A stretch of 64,000 nt of DNA from Candidatus Adlerbacteria bacterium (GTDB taxonomy: Bacteria > Patescibacteriota > Minisyncoccia > Phycocordibacterales > SBAW01). Positions 8,880-18,431 of this stretch are shown here, in pieces; position 1 is the stretch's first letter, and every line of letters begins with the position of its first letter. Where the stretch lies: contig CAVVLG010000002.1 of assembly GCA_963749085.1 (NCBI GenBank), positions 370,085 through 434,084 of the forward strand, read 5' to 3'. The translations under genes were made by a program, and so were the position numbers. A model generated the notes under the pieces. That model was not told the DNA's origin. It saw only the letters and a list, made by a program, of their open reading frames with translations, and did not search any database.

Positions 8880-11399
8880 TCAATGTTTGAGTGCTTGAAG
8901 GCTCTGCCCCTGCTGACCTTTTTTACTCATATTTGCTTGATGTTCAGGTGTATTCAAGGCGCCACAACGCTTCCATTTTTTACCGGAACCGCAGGGACAG
9001 GGGTCGTTACGTCCTATTTCGCGCTGACCTCCTTTCGCATCGGGAACCTGCAGCGTGATGACCGGCGTTTGCTGATGTGAGGCTATCGGTGCGTTGGAGA
9101 TTTTCTCCTTAGTGAGGCCTCCAATAAGCTCAAACACCCGCGCTACGAGCAGCATCTCCATCTCTTTGTAGATCCGGGTGCCTTCTTTGCGGTACTCCAC
9201 GAGAGGATCTCGCTGGCCGTAGGCGCGCAGATTAACCGAACCGCGCAAATATTCCATGGACTCCAAATGCTCCACCCACAGCAAGTCGAGTGTTTGAAGT
9301 ACGATGGTACGTGTGACGGCGAGCAACTGTTCCTGCCCGAGTTCTTCTTCTTTTTTGGTGATGAGCTCGCGCGCTTCTTCATTCTCTCCCGCCAAATCAG
9401 CGAGCACCGCCGCCACATCCTCGGGCGTGCCGGTGAGTATGGTATTGCGACGCGCATAAATGGCGCGTCGCTGCTTGTCTAACACGTTATCGTATTCGAG
9501 CACATGCTTGCGCGCGTCGAAATTAAAACCCTCTATTTTCGTCTGCGCGTTTTCAAGGGCGCGCGTGACCATCGAATTTTCAATGGGTTCGTCCTCCGGG
9601 ATGCCGAACCGGCCCATCAGATTCTTGATGGTGTCGGAGGCGAACACCCGCATCAGATTATCTTCAAGCGACACGAAGAAGCGTGTCTCCCCCGCATCTC
9701 CCTGGCGGCCCGAGCGGCCGCGCAGCTGGTTGTCGATGCGCCGCGCCTCGTGGCGCTCGGTGCCGAGCACGTAGAGTCCGCCGAGCGATTTTACTTCTTC
9801 GTATTGTTCAGGAGAGGCCATGGCGCCCCCGAGCTTGATATCAACCCCGCGGCCAGCCATATTGGTCGCGACGGTGACTTTCCCCTTGTGCCCCGCCGAG
9901 GCGACAATTTCGCCCTCACGTTCGTGGTTTTTAGCATTAAGGATCTCGTGTGGAACGCCCTCGCGTTTTAAATACGCGGAGAGCAGTTCATTTTTCTCGA
10001 TGGAGACCGTGCCGATGAGCACCGGCTGTCCTTTGTCGTGCAAGGCTTTGACCGTGCGGGCGATAGCGGCGAACTTGCCGTTCTCGGTTTGAAAGATAAG
10101 GTCGTTGTCGTCCTTGCGGGTGACCTCCCGGTTGGTCGGTATATCGACCACCTCAAGCCCGTAGACCTTGTAGAACTCCTCGGCGGAGGTTTTTGCGGTG
10201 CCGGTCATGCCGGAGAGCTTGTCGTAGAGCCTGAAATAATTCTGATAGGTTATCGAGGCGAATGTGCGCGATTCCTTTTGCACCGCGACTCCCTCCTTGG
10301 CTTCAATAGCCTGATGGAGTCCCTCACTCCAGCGGCGCCCGGGCTGGAGGCGCCCTGTAAATTCATCGACAATGATGACTTCCCCGCCTTTGACCACATA
10401 CTCCTTGTCGCGACGAAAGAGCGCTTTGGCGCGCACCGCGGTCTCCAGGTGGTGAACATATTTTATTCCTTTTTCGGTATAGATATTGTCGATGCCAAGC
10501 AACGTCTCGGCATGTTCGATACCTTGGTCGGTCAGCTGTATCGCTTTCAGCTTTTCATCGACGGTAAAATCCTCTTCAGGTTTGAGCTGCGAGGCGATGC
10601 GCGCGAAGGTACGATAGAGATCTTCGGACTCCTGTGTGGGCGCGGAGATGATAAGCGGGGTACGGGCCTCATCGATGAGGATAGAGTCTATCTCGTCGAC
10701 GATGGCGTAGGCGTGTCCCCGTTGGCGCAGGTCCTCCGGCTTATAGGAAATGTTGTCGCGCAGGTAATCGAAGCCAAATTCCGAGTTGGTGCCGTAGGTG
10801 ATGTCGGCCTCGTACGCTTCTCGCCTCGTTGAGGGCCGCAAAAATTCGTAAAAAATCCTGAAGCTCCCTTCTTCGTCGCGCATGGCGTCCACCTCCTTGT
10901 GCCCTGGGTCGTAACGGTACGACTCGTTGCCGTTGATGACGCCGACCGAGAGACCGAGGGCGGCATATACCTGTCCCATCCATACCGCGTCGCGGCGCGC
11001 AAGATAATCGTTAACCGTGACCACATGCACGCCTCTATTGGTAAGCGCGTTGAGGTAGGCCGGCAGCGTGGCGACGAGTGTTTTGCCCTCGCCGGTCTTC
11101 ATCTCCGCGATGCCGCGGTTGTGGAGCACGTAGCCGCCGATAAGCTGCACGTCAAAAGGCCGAAGCTTCACCGTGCGGGCGGCAACCTCCCGCACCGCCG
11201 CGAACGCCTCAGGGAGTATATCCTCAAGGGTATCGCCCGCGGACAGGCGGTTGCGAAAGTGGTGGGTTTTCTCCCTGAGCGCTTCATCGCTGAGACGGCG
11301 ATATTCCTCCTCAAGCGTATTCACTGCCTCAACCACGGGCGCTGCGGCCTTCAACATAGCAGAGGAGGGGTCCCCGAAGAGGCTTTTGAACGAAAACAT
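8880..11399 (-). CDS. secA: Preprotein translocase SecA
   Basis: MKTGEGKT, DEIDSILIDEARTPLIIS, ATNMAGRG, QLRGRSGRQGD, SEC-C motif GRNDPCPCGSGKKWKRC. Confidence 0.99.
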   Translation of the reverse strand: MFSFKSLFGDPSSAMLKAAAPVVEAVNTLEEEYRRLSDEALREKTHHFRNRLSAGDTLEDILPEAFAAVREVAARTVKLRPFDVQLIGGYVLHNRGIAEMKTGEGKTLVATLPAYLNALTNRGVHVVTVNDYLARRDAVWMGQVYAALGLSVGVINGNESYRYDPGHKEVDAMRDEEGSFRIFYEFLRPSTRREAYEADITYGTNSEFGFDYLRDNISYKPEDLRQRGHAYAIVDEIDSILIDEARTPLIISAPTQESEDLYRTFARIASQLKPEEDFTVDEKLKAIQLTDQGIEHAETLLGIDNIYTEKGIKYVHHLETAVRAKALFRRDKEYVVKGGEVIIVDEFTGRLQPGRRWSEGLHQAIEAKEGVAVQKESRTFASITYQNYFRLYDKLSGMTGTAKTSAEEFYKVYGLEVVDIPTNREVTRKDDNDLIFQTENGKFAAIARTVKALHDKGQPVLIGTVSIEKNELLSAYLKREGVPHEILNAKNHEREGEIVASAGHKGKVTVATNMAGRGVDIKLGGAMASPEQYEEVKSLGGLYVLGTERHEARRIDNQLRGRSGRQGDAGETRFFVSLEDNLMRVFASDTIKNLMGRFGIPEDEPIENSMVTRALENAQTKIEGFNFDARKHVLEYDNVLDKQRRAIYARRNTILTGTPEDVAAVLADLAGENEEARELITKKEEELGQEQLLAVTRTIVLQTLDLLWVEHLESMEYLRGSVNLRAYGQRDPLVEYRKEGTRIYKEMEMLLVARVFELIGGLTKEKISNAPIASHQQTPVITLQVPDAKGGQREIGRNDPCPCGSGKKWKRCGALNTPEHQANMSKKGQQGQSLQALKH

Positions 11400-11436
11400 G
11401 GTGAGCGCAGAATACCATACCAAAGCGTTATCGTAT

Positions 11437-11514
11437 AGAAAAATCCCCCTGGAGTTCACACCCAGCGGGATTTTTCTTTCGAGAGGATCGCTTCGAGAAA
11501 AAGCTCGAAGCGAT
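11437..11514 (-). terminator. Two hairpins (terminator-like) downstream of the micro-ORF
   Basis: Perfect stem ATCGCTTCGAG/CTCGAAGCGAT (11487-11514) and AGAAAAATCCC..CTGG/CCAG..GGGATTTTTCT (11437-11477). Confidence 0.6.
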
Positions 11515-11521
11515 GACGCGG

Positions 11522-11563
11522 TTAGCGTCTCTTCTTCTTTGCTGCTTTCTTTTTCTTTGCCAT
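11522..11563 (-). CDS. 13-aa Lys/Arg-rich micropeptide MAKKKKAAKKKRR
   Basis: ATG GCA AAG AAA AAG AAA GCA GCA AAG AAG AAG AGA CGC TAA; synonymous AAG/AAA mixing; flanked by a structured leader and terminator-like hairpins. Confidence 0.65.
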   Translation of the reverse strand: MAKKKKAAKKKRR

Positions 11564-11720
11564 AATGTTAGCGACTGAAGTCGCAATTGGACTGTGCATC
11601 GTTCGACCGTACTCCTCGCGCGCCCTAGGACGACACGCAAGCACATCTCGATGCCCTATCTACAAGTATCGGATACCAGTTCTGCAATTACAATGAACAT
11701 TCGAGCGCCACTGTGGATAA

Positions 11721-12740
11721 CTAAACAATTCTCACTTCGGGTTCTATGTCGATTCCTATTTTCTCTCGTACTTCCCTTTGTACTCTCTGGGCAAGCTCGC
11801 GCACGTCGCTTGCCGTGCAATTTTTTTGCGCAACAATGACCAAAAATTGTTTTTCGTACATTCTCGCGCCTCCGACCTTGAACGCTCGCGCGTCCATGAC
11901 GCCATGGCGATAATCAAGGAGCCACCCGAGCGGAATTTTTATGTCCGACGACTCAGGCAAGGTGAATATCGGCATCGTAGGAAAGCGCGTCTGGAGCGTA
12001 CGGGCCGCCGCCCTAGGCATAACCGGGTTTTTAAAGAAGGAACCGGCCGTGCCTTCAAGGGCAAGGTCGGGAAATTTATTCGTACGAATGACGAGAACGG
12101 CTTCGCGTATGGCATTGAGATCCAAAGAAGAGTCGCTGAAGAACTCCTTGAGGTCTCGGTACGAGAGATTGGGTTTTGGGGCACGAGAAAGGCTGAGGGC
12201 AGCGCGCAACACGATGTGCCTCCCGCCATCATGCTTGAAAAAACTGTCGCGATACCCCAGTGCACACGCGTGTGCCGATAGTTTTTTAATTTCACCATCC
12301 TCCGAATCCAACACTTCCACCCACGAAAGCACGTCGGAGAGGGCCGCGCCATACGCGCCGATGTTTTGCACCACGGCACCACCAACCGAACCCGGTATGC
12401 CTGAGAGATTTTCGATGCCCCAGAGATTTTCCGCAATGGCACGCTCAGCAACGGTGTCCCACTGCTCGCCTGCTCCGGCGATAAGAGCTGCCGACGTATC
12501 GCTTGCTTCAATCGTAATCCCTTTCAATTCAATTTTAATGACCAGACCTTCGAAGTCTTCGTCCGGCAAGAGTACATTAGAGCCTCCACCGAGCACCAAT
12601 ACCTTTACATCATTCGTACGCACAAACTCGAACGCTTTTTTTAAAGCGAGGAGCGTATTCGCACGGACAAAAAAACGCGCCGATCCACCGATATGAAACG
12701 TCGTCAACGGGGCGAGCGGCACCTGTTCCTGCATCTCCAT
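11721..12740 (-). CDS. murB: UDP-N-acetylenolpyruvoylglucosamine reductase
   Basis: LGGGSNVL, GIPGSVGGAVVQNIGAYG, GYRDSFFK, AGSFFKNP, EPEV. Confidence 0.96.
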   Translation of the reverse strand: MEMQEQVPLAPLTTFHIGGSARFFVRANTLLALKKAFEFVRTNDVKVLVLGGGSNVLLPDEDFEGLVIKIELKGITIEASDTSAALIAGAGEQWDTVAERAIAENLWGIENLSGIPGSVGGAVVQNIGAYGAALSDVLSWVEVLDSEDGEIKKLSAHACALGYRDSFFKHDGGRHIVLRAALSLSRAPKPNLSYRDLKEFFSDSSLDLNAIREAVLVIRTNKFPDLALEGTAGSFFKNPVMPRAAARTLQTRFPTMPIFTLPESSDIKIPLGWLLDYRHGVMDARAFKVGGARMYEKQFLVIVAQKNCTASDVRELAQRVQREVREKIGIDIEPEVRIV

Positions 12741-12760
12741 TTTTCTATTGTACTCACGTT

Positions 12761-12839
12761 GTGCCCCGAACGGGAAGCGGATGCGAAGCTCCAAAACATT
12801 GTCCTAATGTGAGTGCACCGCTCCCCGCTCGAAGCGCAC
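12761..12839 (-). ncRNA. Putative small hairpin RNA (~80 nt)
   Basis: 16-bp helix UUCGAGCGGGGAGCGG/CCGCUUCCCGUUCGGG is complete only on the minus strand (4 G-U pairs); TATACT at 12846-12851 just upstream. Confidence 0.5.
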
Positions 12840-12859
12840 CACGCCAGTATACCGCACAC

Positions 12860-12889
12860 ACAAAGTCTCCTCTTGCGAGGAGACTTTGT
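12860..12889 (-). terminator. Intrinsic terminator-like hairpin
   Basis: ACAAAGTCTCCTC-4 nt loop-GAGGAGACTTTGT, after the O-antigen ligase gene. Confidence 0.7.
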
Positions 12890-12944
12890 ACGGACAATGT
12901 CAGCGGAACTTACGCCCTGCTCACATGCCTTTCAGTATATCACC

Positions 12945-15194
12945 TTAAGGCTTGAGCGTCCCGGCGTTTATTTGGCTGACGAAAGATTGTATTTGGGTGG
13001 CGAGGCTTGGGTTGGCGGCGGCTGCCTGATTGAGCTGCGTTATGGCCTGCTGTTTGTTGCCGTTGACGAAATAGGTGGTAATAGCCTGTCCGACCATCGC
13101 CTGCACGTTGGTTGGATCCGTCTGAAGCTCCTGTCCATAAATGGCAGAGAGGCGGGAGTACTGCTTGGTATCGAAGTATGCCTGCATAATTGTCTGATTA
13201 TTCACATCCACTGTGCCGAAGCTCTGCATCAAAATAGCGTCTCCGGCGCTATCCTCCCCGGCGTAGTAGAGCGCTGCGGCATAGTACGCGGCCGCATCGG
13301 AGTAGCTGGTGTCTTCGTTGTAGGCTTGCTCAAACGGGGGCAACGCATCTTTGACGTCACCTTCCGCAAGGTAGGTCGAGCCTATTTCAAAGAGTATTTG
13401 CTGTTTGTTCGGAGAATCTGCGAGCGACTCCTCTAGATACGTCAGCGCCTGCGGATATTGGTCGAATTGATCAAGGAATACGCCGTAGAAAAGCTCCAAT
13501 CGTGCGTCATGCGGGCGCTGCGTTAGAAGCGCGTTGCCCGCCTGCTCCGTGAGTGTGAAAGCCTGTTGTTTGAGATCCGGGCTCACCGACGTGGAAGCCG
13601 CGATGTTGTTTGAGGAGAACTGGAAGAGCTGCTCGACGGTTTCCTGGTACCCGAGGTACGGCCCGTAGGAAAGCGCCTGTTGAAATGCGGCGAGATTGAC
13701 GCTTGGGTCCACTGCCGCTCCCGTGTTGGGATCCTGGGTCGAGAGTGCGGTGATAAGGGTCTGGGCGCGTGCGATACCGGGACCGTTGAGATACCACCCT
13801 CCCCACACTAAGAGCACAAGCAGAATGGGGGCAGCAACAGCGACAGCTTTATCACCCAAGGGTTTCGACATGAACATCCAGCCAGGTGGCCGTTTGTAAG
13901 AGAGTCCGTGTATGAACGCCAGAATCAGATAGAAGTACAGATAACTTCCCAGGTTATCGAACACCGTCATGTTATTGGCGGCGTATGCCGCCAAAAGGCC
14001 TATGAGTATCGCCTGCTCGACGATATCAAGATCGCTTTTCCATACGATCCACACTGCAAACGCAAACGTGGCAACATAGAGAAGAAGCGCGGGCAACCCG
14101 CCGTCTATAGTCCAGTCGATGAATTGGTTGTGTGCGCGGTCAAACCACTGCTCCTGGGCGTACATCGCCGGATTGTAGTATTTATTGAAGACAAAATTGA
14201 AATTCTCCTGACCCCACCCGAGAAGTACGGTCTTGGGACTCTGTTTGAAGCCATCCCACGCCTCGCCCCAGATAATGAGTCGTGCCTGCGCCGTGTCGTC
14301 AGTGAGCGACAAAGAAGCGTAGCGCTGGAGGGTCGGAGAGTTTTGTACGAATGAAGTGTTGCGTACCCCGATAAATATCAGCAGGATGACGACGATGACT
14401 CCGATGCCGCCGAGCGCCCAGTTGCGTATGGTCTTTGCGTGCGATCCTTTGCCCAGGAATGCTATGTATAGGCCTGCAATGATGAGACCGCCGATAACTC
14501 CGAGAAGGGCACCTCTCGTCTCAGTGAACATAAGTGTCGAAAACTGAAGCACGAGCGCGATGCCGTAGAGCCACCAGGCCGTTTTTGATTTGCGCTCATC
14601 ATAGAGGAGATAGAGCGTAATGAATATCTGAAACAGCATGTATACCGCAAGGTAAATGGCGTTGCCGAAGGTCGTGTCGGCACGCGGACCGCTCTGGGAG
14701 CTCGGTTGCAATCCGAAAATATGAAATACCTGCATAAGCCCGTAGATGCCCATGATATAGCTTGCGGCCACCGAAACCTGGAAGAGCTTCTTCCACCAAT
14801 TTTCGGCAGTGAGTACTGCCCCGGCGATAAGAAAGAGAGCATACATGTGAATGAGCGTGATGTAGCCGTCCATGCGCTCGAAGTTGCTCCAAAAACTTTT
14901 GACCGGGTCAACGCTGAAAATAGTGGCGACCGCCATCCACAGCACGAAGAGGCTGAGTGTCCACATCAGAAGCGAGGAGCGCGGACGATACTTCGGCTCA
15001 CGAATAGCCAGGAGCACGTAGAGCGCGAACATGATTTCTATCAGGATGCGCAGCGCGAAATTCTTGCCCGTGATGTAGGGGAAGAACATATTGATACCAA
15101 GAGAATGAATCCCATCGGCCACGATAAAGACAGTAAAGAGGGTGAGGCACAGTCCGGTAATAAGTGCCCATCGAAGCCACTTCGTATATTCCAT
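12945..15194 (-). CDS. O-antigen ligase/O-oligosaccharyltransferase (Wzy_C) with TPR C-terminus
   Basis: ~12 TMs, TFGNAIY, TETRGA, ARLIIW, GWGQENF, DRAHN, TPR-like helical tail. Confidence 0.88.
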   Translation of the reverse strand: MEYTKWLRWALITGLCLTLFTVFIVADGIHSLGINMFFPYITGKNFALRILIEIMFALYVLLAIREPKYRPRSSLLMWTLSLFVLWMAVATIFSVDPVKSFWSNFERMDGYITLIHMYALFLIAGAVLTAENWWKKLFQVSVAASYIMGIYGLMQVFHIFGLQPSSQSGPRADTTFGNAIYLAVYMLFQIFITLYLLYDERKSKTAWWLYGIALVLQFSTLMFTETRGALLGVIGGLIIAGLYIAFLGKGSHAKTIRNWALGGIGVIVVILLIFIGVRNTSFVQNSPTLQRYASLSLTDDTAQARLIIWGEAWDGFKQSPKTVLLGWGQENFNFVFNKYYNPAMYAQEQWFDRAHNQFIDWTIDGGLPALLLYVATFAFAVWIVWKSDLDIVEQAILIGLLAAYAANNMTVFDNLGSYLYFYLILAFIHGLSYKRPPGWMFMSKPLGDKAVAVAAPILLVLLVWGGWYLNGPGIARAQTLITALSTQDPNTGAAVDPSVNLAAFQQALSYGPYLGYQETVEQLFQFSSNNIAASTSVSPDLKQQAFTLTEQAGNALLTQRPHDARLELFYGVFLDQFDQYPQALTYLEESLADSPNKQQILFEIGSTYLAEGDVKDALPPFEQAYNEDTSYSDAAAYYAAALYYAGEDSAGDAILMQSFGTVDVNNQTIMQAYFDTKQYSRLSAIYGQELQTDPTNVQAMVGQAITTYFVNGNKQQAITQLNQAAAANPSLATQIQSFVSQINAGTLKP

Positions 15195-15203
15195 ATAAAA
15201 AGA

Positions 15204-16265
15204 CTATACCACAGAGCCTGATTTTTTCGCGCGTGCTGGAAGGTCGGATAACTTCGCCGCAATGGCGGCAAAAATGGTCTCATCCGAAAGGTCATAGACG
15301 CAGCGGCGGTATGGTTTACCGTCTTCAAACACCTCGCACCGCTTCCCCGGCTGGCCGCACACGCAATTTTTTTTCTCCCATATAAGGAGCGCATTCGGAT
15401 TGTAGCTCGGCAGCCACATTGGCTCCTTCTGCTGGGCGAGGATGATACTGGGTGCTTGGAGTACTCCCGCAATATGCGTAGGACCGGTATCAATGCCGAT
15501 ATAGAGCTTCGCGTGCTCAATGAGGCCGGCGACTTGTCGCAGCGGAAGATTGATGGCAAGGAAGATTTCGGGCTTATTCGCCGCTATCTTTTGCGCTTCT
15601 ACCCGGTCAGCTTCCGCTCCGGTGATAACTAAACCGCACGAAGGATAGCGTTGCCGCAACTCCTGCGCGAGATTTCTCCAGCGCCGCAGAGGCAGTGTTT
15701 TGCGTGTGGACATATGAGGGAAGGGATGCACGACGATGTAGAGTTGTCCCGCGAATGGAAATTCAGGAGGCAGTTCAGAAAGAAACTTCATGCACGGTGG
15801 AGAACCAATGGGCTCAGTCGGCACCGACGCGAGGAGTAGCGCGCGGCGGAGATTATCGATGTAGCGCAGGGAGCGGTCGTGCTCAATGAGGCGGTAGGGA
15901 TGCCACAGGGACTCGTCCTTAAAGCCCACCACTATATCGCCACGCAACCGCAATAGGGCAGCTAGCAGTTTTATGACCAACGGACGGTTTCCCCACGCCG
16001 GCGGGGCTATGACTACTGATTGATGCTTGAGGAGCGGCAGAGCCGCCCTGAGAGCTCCCACGAGCGAATACGGGACGGGAATGACGATAATGTTTGGATA
16101 CGCCGCCGTAAGATCGGCGATAAAGGGTGCATTACGTCGCACCAAATACTGTATGTGCATATCCGGCGTACGGCGAAGAACTTCGGAGAAAAGCGAGACG
16201 ATCATGACGGCGTCCCCGATATGTCCTCCGGTGGGAAGCCAGATGAGATGTTTCTTAGTTCTCAT
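15204..16265 (-). CDS. Glycosyltransferase family 9
   Basis: HIGDAVM, IVVHP, IGIDTGPTHIA. Confidence 0.88.
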   Translation of the reverse strand: MRTKKHLIWLPTGGHIGDAVMIVSLFSEVLRRTPDMHIQYLVRRNAPFIADLTAAYPNIIVIPVPYSLVGALRAALPLLKHQSVVIAPPAWGNRPLVIKLLAALLRLRGDIVVGFKDESLWHPYRLIEHDRSLRYIDNLRRALLLASVPTEPIGSPPCMKFLSELPPEFPFAGQLYIVVHPFPHMSTRKTLPLRRWRNLAQELRQRYPSCGLVITGAEADRVEAQKIAANKPEIFLAINLPLRQVAGLIEHAKLYIGIDTGPTHIAGVLQAPSIILAQQKEPMWLPSYNPNALLIWEKKNCVCGQPGKRCEVFEDGKPYRRCVYDLSDETIFAAIAAKLSDLPARAKKSGSVV

Positions 16266-16295
16266 GGGTATGCATGATATCGTACTATGGACTAT

Positions 16296-17567
16296 ATGGG
16301 AGAGCGACTGAAAAAAGCCGTGGTGCGTGTCTTGCGCTGGAGTGAGCACTACACCAAAACCGACATGGTGTACCTGGCCCAAGTGGGAGTTTGGACAAAC
16401 CTGAACGTCATTATTTCCTCGGTGCTGGCGCTGGTACTCGCTATTATATTCGCCAATCTTCTGCCTAAAGATGTCTATGGCACCTATCAGTATCTACTGT
16501 CACTTTCCGCACTTCTCGCCGCTATATGTCTTGGCGGCATGCAGCAGGCAGTAGCACAATCAGTAGCACGGGGAAACGAAGGCGACATGCGTGCATCGTT
16601 GCGTGCTCAATTGATATGGGGTCTCGTACCAGCAGGCGTCGGGCTTCTCGGAGCACTGTACTATGCATTGCACAGCAACGAAGTAGTTGCCGTAGGCCTT
16701 GCCGTCATTGCGCTGCTCACGCCTCTTGTCAGCGCCTTTAGCATATACGGCGCGTTCCTAGGTGGCACTCGTCAGTTCAAACGCTTTTTTATATATGGAC
16801 TGATCGCAAACATTGCGTACTATGCAGCCATTTCCATTGCAGTGGTATTTTTTAAAAACGCTGCCGTACTCGTTTTTATCAATCTTGCTGCCAATGCGGT
16901 CGTGAACATCTATCTATACGTCCGAACCCTCAGAGTGTGCAAGCCCAGTGACCGCACCGATCCTCACACCGTGTCCTATGGCGCGCATTTAAGCGTCATG
17001 AACGCTTTCGGAACGGTCATCTCGCAACTCGATTCTGTACTTGTATACCATTTTCTAGGGCCGGTACAGCTTGCGGTATACAGCTTTGCCACCCTTATTC
17101 CAGAGCGCGCCGGCGGCCTGTTCGGATTTATCGGCACAGGGGCTTTACCAAAATTTTCCCAGCGCACGCTCAGGGAAATACAACAATCTATCGTGTGGCA
17201 GACTATTCGTGCGGCACTTCTCGGCGCCGTGGCCTCGCTTGCTTATGTTATTTTGGCGCCGCTTCTTTTTCATCTGCTTTTTCCTAAGTACTTGGACGCC
17301 CTCTCCTACACGCAGTGGTATGCGCCGGTCATATTGCTCATGGCAGCAAATCTGGTGTCGTCAGCCCTCGTGGCGCAGCGCCTAAAAACAGAGCTTTATA
17401 TTACCAGTTTCGTCAATCCTATATTGCTGATTACGCTCCAAGTACCGCTGCTTTTGCTGTATGGCATCTGGGGTATGCTTGTGGCACGAATGGTCACTGA
17501 TTTCGTCGGTATCCTATTAGGATTGTTTCTGTTCTTTAGAAAAGGTGAGGCGAACGGAAGCGCGTAA
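16296..17567 (+). CDS. Oligosaccharide flippase (Wzx family)
   Basis: ~12 TMs, LLPKDVYGTYQY, LGPVQLAVYSFA, YGIWG. Confidence 0.88.
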   Translation: MGERLKKAVVRVLRWSEHYTKTDMVYLAQVGVWTNLNVIISSVLALVLAIIFANLLPKDVYGTYQYLLSLSALLAAICLGGMQQAVAQSVARGNEGDMRASLRAQLIWGLVPAGVGLLGALYYALHSNEVVAVGLAVIALLTPLVSAFSIYGAFLGGTRQFKRFFIYGLIANIAYYAAISIAVVFFKNAAVLVFINLAANAVVNIYLYVRTLRVCKPSDRTDPHTVSYGAHLSVMNAFGTVISQLDSVLVYHFLGPVQLAVYSFATLIPERAGGLFGFIGTGALPKFSQRTLREIQQSIVWQTIRAALLGAVASLAYVILAPLLFHLLFPKYLDALSYTQWYAPVILLMAANLVSSALVAQRLKTELYITSFVNPILLITLQVPLLLLYGIWGMLVARMVTDFVGILLGLFLFFRKGEANGSA

Positions 17568-18398
17568 ATATTCGAGGGCAAAATAACTTGCAAGGAGGGG
17601 ATCGAACGCGCGTAGCGCTATTTTAAAGGAATGAAGGGCCCGGTCGCGTGCGACGCGCGGATGCGCGGCAAAAAACGCCGCATGATCGCGAAAGATGCGC
17701 CGATGGGCCCGCGCGAATGAGGCCGGGTTACGTCGCGCCGCCGTATCGCTTAAATGCTCGCCACTGTGTGACCAATCGATCAAGATAATTTGTCCCGGCA
17801 GGTACCGTATGCCGACGTTATCGCGCCCGACTTTGAGCCACCATTCGCCCTCGAAACCGTTAACATCTTCCTCAAAGAGGTATGCCGGGAAGAGCGTCCA
17901 TTTGAAGACTGGCCGGCCCTCGCTTCCCTTGTGCATGCGCAGGCCCTCGCCGGTCATCAAGGCCTTGTACGAAGGCTCATACCATTTCTCCCCTTCGGCA
18001 AAATTATATCCACCAACAAATTCTCCTTCAGCTGTGCGTATGAGAGTATTAAAACTTAAAATTTGTATATTGGGAGGCGTCTCGGCTATCCCCCGCGCCA
18101 CTATTTCAAGCGCACCCGGCAGAAGCAGATCATCGTCATCAAGCGGCACGACCCACTCTCCTTCACGCAAGGTTCTGAACGCCGCGTTGCGCGCGGCATT
18201 GACGCCGCGGCTTTTGTCGTTATGCACAATCGTAAGGCGCGGATGATTGAGCGATTGAAGATGTTCTCGCGTGCCATCAGTAGAACCATCGTTGATGACC
18301 ACAACGCGATAATTCTCATAGGTCTGGGCAAAAACGCTCTCAAGTGCGCGTTGGAGGAGTACACGACGGTCTTTAGTTGGGATGACGATGACGAGCAT
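17517..18398 (-). CDS. Glycosyltransferase family 2
   Basis: IVIPT, NDGSTDGT, ARNAA, LDDDD. Confidence 0.92.
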   Translation of the reverse strand: MLVIVIPTKDRRVLLQRALESVFAQTYENYRVVVINDGSTDGTREHLQSLNHPRLTIVHNDKSRGVNAARNAAFRTLREGEWVVPLDDDDLLLPGALEIVARGIAETPPNIQILSFNTLIRTAEGEFVGGYNFAEGEKWYEPSYKALMTGEGLRMHKGSEGRPVFKWTLFPAYLFEEDVNGFEGEWWLKVGRDNVGIRYLPGQIILIDWSHSGEHLSDTAARRNPASFARAHRRIFRDHAAFFAAHPRVARDRALHSFKIALRAFDPLLASYFALEYLRASVRLTFSKEQKQS

Positions 18399-18431
18399 TG
18401 ACCGTACTATACCAGCATTGCGGGTGTTTTT

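Noticed and set aside
11712-11720. DnaA-box-like TGTGGATAA (similar boxes at ~46625, 58064 and ~59733)
   Set aside because: Isolated boxes with no cluster and no dnaA nearby; not enough to call oriC
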